Translations under genes and position numbers: made by a program
Shown here: positions 55,377 to 64,000 of the stretch, in pieces
Numbering within the stretch: the first letter of the stretch is position 1
Layout: every line of letters starts with the position of its first letter
Notes under the pieces: generated by a model
Databases searched by the model: none
What the model was told of the DNA's origin: nothing
What the model saw: the letters and a program-made list of their open reading frames with translations, nothing else
Source: the human T2T-CHM13v2.0 reference genome, Homo sapiens
Reading direction: 5' to 3' (one strand)
Assembly (NCBI RefSeq): GCF_009914755.1
Contig: NC_060947.1
Length of the DNA: 64,000 nucleotides

Positions 55377-55603
55377 CAGGTTTGTCAGTCTCATCACTAT
55401 TGACATTTGGGGCCGAATCATTCTCTGTGGTGAGGGTCATCCTGTGCACTGCAGGATGTTTGGCAGCATCCCCGGGATCCACAAACTAGATGTAAGGAGC
55501 ACCCCCTTCTAGTTGTGACAACCAAAAATGTTTCCAGACATTGCCAATTGTCCCCGCGGGGGCTGGGGGTGGGGACAAAATTGCCTCTGGTTGAGGACCA
55601 CTG
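55377..55603 (-). mobile_element. MER20 DNA transposon
   Basis: CACTATTGACATTTGGGGCCG...GTGACAACCAAAAATGTTTCCAGACATTGCCAA...GGTTGAGGACCACTG; flanks ATTGAGAA/CTTGAGAC. Confidence 0.92.
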
Positions 55604-56157
55604 CTTGAGACTGAAAACCCTGCTAAACCTGGACTCTATGTTTCTTGCATGGCACTGCAAGTGATCAGGAAGGGGCAAGCATTGCAGGTTTCCCGTCTCC
55701 ATTATTGAACTAGAAACTTCTTGAGGGTACACCTTGTCTGCCTCAAATAGTGCCCATACTGGTTGCAAAAAAGGTAAAAAATTAAAGGAAACCCCTTCCT
55801 ATCAAATACAATTTTAATCAGAATCATCTAGTCAGTGATATTGTACATCTAGATGCCTTAGATGCTTGTTGTTGAGTACCAGTTTCTGCAGCAAAAGAGA
55901 GAAGGCTCCACCCCACACAAGTCTCCACTGGGTACTAAAGAGTCCACCGCCTGTCTCCAGAAATAGTAAATGATGAGATCTTGAAGGAAGAGAATCGACT
56001 ACCTATTTAGTCACAACCTGAAACAATATGAATGGAAAGACAAGCCAGATGGAGACTTTTTCAACTCCTGTCTATAAACATTATCATTTTTACTGTGGTT
56101 GCTCTCCCTCTTCCCATCGTGTATACCCTCTGCAAATAGAAAAAGGAGAGGTGGAAA

Positions 56158-56235
56158 CTTCTCCCTCCCTCCCTTCCTTTCTTCCTCTTCCTCTTCACCC
56201 ACCCTCCCCACACACACTTCTTCCTTTTCCTTTGA
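56158..56235. repeat. CT-rich low complexity
   Basis: Pyrimidine-rich run. Confidence 0.8.
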
Positions 56236-59200
56236 TTCTGTTTTGCTGAATTATATGTTTAAATTTTTGCCCATAGAATGAATGCTAAGGTCACAGATGG
56301 GTTCAGGAAACTTAAACAGAATGAAACTTTACCCACTGGATGAAGGTGGGTGATGGGCAGGAAGCCACTATTAGTGAAATACCTGTGTGATAGAATTGAC
56401 TTAGTCAGTTTCAGCCCCGACAAACCAACCCCTCAAATGCATCCATGAAGTGATGAATTTTCATTAGAAGCGTTTGGGAATGGTAGTGGAGATTCATTAA
56501 CGTAACTCTTAGTTCTATTATCTTTTTGAATGCTTCCCTGGATTTCAGAATAACTATAAAAGAAAATGAAGGCATGAAAGAGGCAAAACAGTTTCAGAGT
56601 CCTGTGTAATCCCCTCAGTAACATCACTAGGCAAAGGGCATGCAGGCAACATGAAGAATGGGCCACATTTACGTTCCATGGCTATCTGGGCTCAGGTGTC
56701 TCCACATCCAGGTTCTCAGAGCATCCAGTTCCCCTTGGGGCACAGATCTGGGTTTCCTCTCCCCTGTGTTTCACATGTAGTGCTTCTTCCTTTTACATAT
56801 CTTTAGTAGCCACCTGTGAAAAAGATGTCAGAGGAGTTTATTTACATATTTCCAAATCATTCCCAGCAAGGGCTTCCTCTGCCTCCACCCAGGAAATGGA
56901 GTTTGCTGAATTTTTCACTTTTCAAATTTGACTCTGTGGATTACAAACATTAGTGTTGCTTTAGTTTCTCTTGCTAGAAAATATAGAATCTGTTTCTTTT
57001 TGTAAATTGTGTTTACAAAATGTTTTAGAATTTCTGACTAAGCGAAACTAAATTGTGAAAAGATCAGTTTCCGAAGTGTTTCACTTGGCGTTGAACTAGA
57101 TGTTAGTGCATCATGTATTTATTCCTGCAGAAAGTCTTTGAAATTTTTTATTTGAAAAGTCCTTTGAAAAAAATTGTTAAGGTTCTGATATAAGTCAGGC
57201 ATCATACCCAACACCGTGAGCTCACAGATGTGTACAACAGTGCCCTTGCCCTGTGGTATTTCGTCATCTACTGGGGGAGTCAGAAATATAAATATCCTTT
57301 AGAATTATAAGGAGCTTGAAGGCAGGGACTAGCGCCTAAGAGCTCAATCAATGCCTGTTAAGTATCACTAGAATGAGCTTAAAAATCAGGCTTGAATTAT
57401 AAAAAAAAATGCCAAATATAATGAAACTGCCAAAATAACCATAGAAAGTTTAGAAAATAAACCTTGATGAAACTTAAACGAGATAAAAAGATGGAAGACA
57501 GGAATGTTGAGAACTCTCAGATATTCACTTCATCAAGGCACAGAATTGGACCTCATGTAAGTTTTAGCTCCTGCTGAAAGTTCTGTTGGCATCCCTAGTT
57601 GGAGGTTGGATTATCTGAATTATGATCCTGGTCATCTTCACTGATCAAAAGAAAAGCCAGTTTTTCATTTGGAATAGATTAGTAGCCTCAAACATGAATT
57701 GATTGGAACACCACAGTCAATAACGCAGTGACTGCATTCACAATGACAACCATTTAGTGCCCTCGTGAAAGTAATAAGGATTTGTTTCCACCACCTATCA
57801 GCCTGACTCGGCAGTGAACCCAACCCTGAATTAACTATTCCTCTCATAAAACGAAATGCCAGTGTCTCCCTCTCTGCTGTTTTGGTTGTATATCCTTAGT
57901 CTTTCGTCACTTGATGAAATTACTGTAGTATTCATGGCTAGCATGCGGAACATCACAGTTTTTGCAGTTCTTATTTCTAGAACCTTGTCCTTCCCACAAC
58001 TTTAATAAGGCCCAACATTTGTATTCTTTTTAGCATATCTTCTTGGATACACTCAAAAAAGGCAGAGCAGTGTATTTAGAGACTCGAGTCCCTAACTTTG
58101 CAAGCAAATAGAAGCCATTTTCTTAAAGATCAAGAAAAGTGAATCCCTATTCTTTTTTTTCTTTCTGGGAAGTTACATTTTATAAATGGTTTAGCCAGAT
58201 GCGCTTTAAATTAATAGCACACTTGTGAAAAGTCTTTTCCGTGGAAGCAGATTTCATCACCACCAAATGTCACTAGAGTTTCTTTTTTCCTGAAGTCTGC
58301 ATAACCTAATTTGTGAAGAGTCAGTTTTGGAGGTGCAGGGTGGGGTGGAATGGCATATGCTTTGCCCTGGGCCTGGCTCAGGGCTGGCATTAGAGAGCAT
58401 TCTTCCTCATGTCAAGCAGGTACTGGAGAGTCCAGACTGGATACCAAGTCAAACTTGCATTGTCCCGTGCTGTGACCTCAAGTTGATTCTGGAAGGGTGT
58501 TTTTTACTTCATGTTGAAGCTCCTTTAGTCTCATTTCTGGACATCCAGTTGTACTTGTCTCTTCCAGGCAATCTTTAAGGTAAACACGTGGTGTTTTATT
58601 TGAAGAGCTACAACCTGAGCCCTCTTAATCGGTCTCCGCATTTGGGCTTGCAGCTGGAAAGCATGTTCACTCATGCTGCATTTTTACCATACAGGAAATC
58701 CTCCAGGGGATGCTGGGTACATGTGGTACCTTTGAAGTACCACCAGCAATTTTCTCTTTCCTACTTTTCCTCTGTGTTTTGTTACATTAATTGATGTATT
58801 TTGTCTGATGTATTAAGAGAGCTTGAAGGATGATGTGTTTAGCACACAGTATCTATTATGATTAAGTTTCTTTGCAGGAATCACAACACCTACATTATGA
58901 CTCTGCTCACTACCCCTGGAGCTGGGTTATAACGACGCAAAAAACAATGCTTTATCATGCAGGAAAATCACTCAGACACCCCATATCTCATGTTCCTGCT
59001 CCAGAGCTGGAAATTTATAACTCGAATTTGTTTCAAATTTTAAAACTCCATTATTTAAGGCATGTATTTCCTCCCTTTATGAGTCCTGTATGTCTAGGCA
59101 AGCCTTTGATGATACAAATTTCTGTGCACATTCATATACAAATGTAGTTTGTGAGTGAAATCAGACTTATTATTTATTGACAGAAGGGCTCCATCGTGCT

Positions 59201-59532
59201 AATACAACTGACTTAATTAGCATGTAATTTAAGTCCAACGAAGGTAGAGACAAATATCAATCCTGCTAACGTGCATTTCTATGTCAGTTTAAATTTCATT
59301 TAATGGTAAGTCCTTGAAACTTAAAAACACTGATATTTTCCTTTCTTCTTTATAGCTGCATCATGCTTGGAAATAAGAAATGTCCAAAGACAATAGCAGG
59401 ATTCTCTCTGCCTTGTAACGTGCTTCAGAGAAGAAAAATGAGAAAGATCCCCTTACTTTGCCAATAATATTTAAGTCCAACCAATTCACAAGGTCTCTGG
59501 AGGGAATCTTAAGAATAAAAACACAACATTTA

Positions 59533-60386
<854 letters not shown>

Positions 60387-61185
60387 AAAACCACCAATTT
60401 TTTTTACTTGAGGGAGAACAGCAAAGAGGCACAGCCTCAAATACTATTTTAGAAATAATGTCTGCAGAAGTGGATAAAAATAATTATGTATTTTCTGGCC
60501 ATTTTGAGCCTTTCTTTTGGAATTTCTGAGTTGCTTTTTATTGTACAAGTGAGACATTGCTCTTAAAAAAACTTCCTCCTTCACATTTTTTTCCTTTGAT
60601 ATTTAAATTGTGCTTAAATGAACCTAGAAACATACATTTCTCCATAAAAGCTCCAAATAATGAATTTGTGATGATCTTCTCTCTGCTTAAGTGGTCAGGG
60701 AAGCTCTGACCTTTGAAAAGGTGGAATAGTTTTTTGTGTGTTAACTGAAGCACAAGCAAGAGACTCAATAAGCCAATTTATGTTTGATTTGATCTCAAGC
60801 ATGTCAGAGTTGATTTATCCAACCCAGATGACAGTGGGAAAGAGGCAGAGAATTGCTGAGATTGAAACAAATAAGAGTTGTTTTCAGGCTGAATAGTGCC
60901 TACAAAATCCATAAAGAATTCTTAGATATATTTTCAGTGTAATGAATGAGATTCGGGAATTCAGTGCCATAGCTTGACATGAATTATAGTTTGGACTACA
61001 CAGCACAAAAGGTTCTGGAATTCACAAGATAAATGTTTTATGTTTACTGAGCTCAAAATGGCTACTTCCTAGTTTATGTTCTAATAATAGGTGCATCTAA
61101 CTCCTCTTTTAGGATTTTAAATCTACACATTTAAGAGGAATACTAGTCCTGTGAGAAAACTTAAAAGTTGCTTGATTTACAACTT

Positions 61186-61513
61186 AATTTTTTATTACTC
61201 TTGTTTTAAAATAAATTTTATTGTGTATATTTAAGGTATACAGCATGATGTTATGGAATACATAGATAATAAAAAGATTACTACAGTGAAGCGAATTAAC
61301 ATATCTATCAAATCACATCGTTGCCTTTTTTCGTTTTTATTTTTGTGGCAAGAGCAGCTAAAATCTACTCATTTCTTATGAATCCCAAATTCAGTATAAT
61401 TTTATGCCATGTAGTCCTCAGGTGGTGTGTTAGATCTCCAGATTTGTTCATCCTACATACCTGCTCCTTCGTATCCTCTGACCTCCATCTCCCTATTCCC
61501 ACCCCTGGTTAAC
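61186..61513 (-). mobile_element. L1MA (MA8/9-like) 3' end fragment
   Basis: TTTTATTGTGTATATTTAAGGTATACAGCATGATG...GCAAGAGCAGCTAAAATCTACTC; TSD TGATTTACA(A/G)CT at 61173 and 61517. Confidence 0.88.
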
Positions 61514-62466
61514 TCCTGATTTACAGCTATCAAAAGGAATCCTCTGCTGCATTATTTACTATAAAACCTAAGTCCACTTAGGATCTGATGAGTCATTTGG
61601 TGCCTTTTTTGACTGGGGACCCTTCTCTGCAGCCCAGAATGAATCATCTCTTGGGCCCCACGGGTCCTCACAGCCCCTCACTTCACGGCTGCCTCAGCCT
61701 ACCCTTCTGCTAAGGTGTCAGGAAGCAGGACCATTCCATGGACATCTGAGAACATAAACTGCCAAAGCTGTTGGTTGTAGGTCTGAGTGTGTCCAGGAAC
61801 TGTCACAAGAGCAAAATAAGGAATCTCACAGAGTCAGAGTTACTGGTGGAGACAGGGTTTGCAGGAAGGAAGCCAACGCTAGTTTTGTTGTTGCTGGCAG
61901 CCCCTTTCCTTCATCTGCCCTCTGCTGCTTCATTGACCCTGGCAACTTGTCCAGGATGCTATGATTGAGAGGTGGTGCCACAGAGGGTCTGAATCAATAG
62001 CTTCTCAAGCATGCTGGTTATTTTTTTTATCAGTAAGTTTGTCTCTGTTCAAAACTATTGTAAAGCTGAAGTGCTTTTGTTCTGCTAAAGAGATACAAGT
62101 CTATTCCTGATTTCACCAAGGACAATTCAATTTTTCAATAATTTTAATGAAGACTTTATTGAAAGATACTTATTAAATAACTGAAAGATTAGCTTTTATT
62201 ATAACTTTCAGCCTGGTTCTACAACCAACGGATTAGTTGAAATGAGGCTGAATTATCTTATCTTCTTTTCCAGGGGAATTTGGAGTCAAGGAAAGGCTCA
62301 TTTCTGCAGGGGTATGGTGGAGAAAATGCAGGGAATAATTGGTTCCATTCATTTTTAAATTCCTTATAAGACCATGCGGAATTAATTCATATTCAAAGAG
62401 AATTGAACAAAGCCTAAGAGAAAGCCATTATGTTTTCACAGACTTTTTTCTTGGGGAAGAGCTAAC

Positions 62467-63886
62467 TTTTTTATTTTTTAAAATTATTATTATACTTTAA
62501 GTTCTAGGGTACATGTGCACAACGTGCAAGTTTGTTACATATGTATACATGTGCCATGTTTCTGTGCTGCACCCATTAACTCGTCATTTACATTAGGTAT
62601 ATCTCCTAATGCTATCCCTCCCCCCTCCCCCCACCCCACAACAGTCCCTGGTGTGTGATGTTCCCCTTCCTGTGTCCATGTGTTCTCATTGTTCAATTCC
62701 CACCTATGAGTGAGAACATGCAGTGTTTGGTTTTTTGTCCTTGCGATAGTTTGCTCAGAATGATGGTTCCCAGCTTCATCCATGTCCCTACAAAGGACAT
62801 GAACTCATCATTTTTTATGGCTGCACAGTATTCCACGGTGTATATGTGCTACATTTTCTTAATCCAGTCTATCATTGTTGGACATTTGGGTTGGTTCCAA
62901 GTCTTTGCTATTGTGAATAGTGCCACAATAAACATACATGTGCATGTGTCTTTATAGCAGCATGATTTCTAATCCTTTGGGTATATACCCAGTAATGGGA
63001 TGGCTGGATCAAATGGTATTTCTAGTTCTAGATCCCTGAGGAATCGCCACACCGACTTCCACAAGGGTTGAACTAGTTTACAGTCCCACCAACAGTGTAA
63101 AAGTGTTCCTATTTCTCCACATCCTCTCCAGCACCTGTTGTTTCCTGACTTTATAATGATTGCCATTCTAACTGGTGTGAGATGGTATCTCATTGTGGTT
63201 TTGATTTGCATTTCTCTGATGGTCAGTGATGATGAGCATTTTTTCATGTGTTTTTTGGCTGCATAAATGTCTTCTTTTGAGAAGTGTCTGTTCATATCCT
63301 TCTCCCACTTTTTGATGGGGTGGTTTGTTTTTTTCTTGTAAATTTGTTTGAGTTCATTGCAGATTCTGGATATTAGCCCTTTGTCAGATGAGTAGGTTGC
63401 AAAAATGTTCTCCCATTCTGTAGGTTGCCTGTTCACTCTGATGGTAGTTTCTTTTGCTGTGCAGAAGCTCTTTAGTTTAATTAGATCCCATTTGTCAATT
63501 TTGGCTTTTGTTGCCATTGCTTTTGGTGTTTTAGATATGAAGTCCTTGCCCATGCCTATGTCCTGAATGGTATTGCCTAGGTTTTCTTCTAGGGTTTTTA
63601 TGGTTTTAGGTCTAACATTTAAGTCTTTGATCCATGTCGAATTAATTTTTGCATAAGGTGTAAGGAAGGGATCCAGTTTCAGCTTTCTACATATGGCTAG
63701 CCAGTTTTCCCAGCACCATTTATTAAATAGGGAATCCTTTCCCCATTGCTTGTTTTTGTCAGGTTTGTCAAAGATCAGATAGTTGTAGATATGTGGTATT
63801 ATTTCTGAGGGCTCTGTTCTGTTCCATTGGTCTATATCTCTGTTTTGGTACCAGTACCGTGCTGCTTTGGTTACTGTAGCCTTGTA
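62467..63886 (-). mobile_element. L1PA4-like LINE-1, 5'-truncated (~1.4 kb)
   Basis: TTATACTTTAAGTTCTAGGGTACATGTGCAC 3' end; ORF2p remnant 62969-63553; L1 text stops at GTAGCCTTGTA. Confidence 0.97.
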
Positions 63887-64000
63887 CTCTTTAGCAGTGA
63901 TGGGCAGACTTTTTCATAGAAAGTTCATTTGTCAGAATTTCATATATCACACAGGAATCTCCAAGCCTAGTGAGAAAGGTCACCATCTCAGAACTCACAT

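Overview
Primate genomic DNA, probably human or another hominoid (AluJ/S/Y, L1PA3-5, MSTA/B). It is AT-rich, has no CpG island and no recognisable protein-coding exon, RNA gene or CRISPR array, so it is intergenic or deep intronic. By eye, more than half is interspersed repeats: L1s of many ages, Alus, MaLR/ERV LTRs, MER5/MER20/Tigger/Looper-like DNA transposons, MIR/L2 and a MamSINE1-like copy. The only ORFs with real protein homology are L1 ORF2p remnants. Subfamily names and consensus comparisons come from recalled consensus sequences and need RepeatMasker/Dfam confirmation; the boundaries of old repeats are approximate. I found no new biological system. The best signals are mechanistic footprints: (1) a short twin-primed L1 with a 3' transduction and visible priming microhomology (41.9-42.3 kb); (2) a 71-bp templated insertion copied from 4.1 kb upstream (43.6 to 47.7 kb); (3) two L1PA copies 33.6 kb apart that share a nonsense mutation and two other non-consensus bases, suggesting ectopic gene conversion; (4) two cases of L1-endonuclease target-site reuse; (5) a four-layer nested transposon stack; (6) an AP-1/ARE motif cluster at 52.3-52.5 kb.
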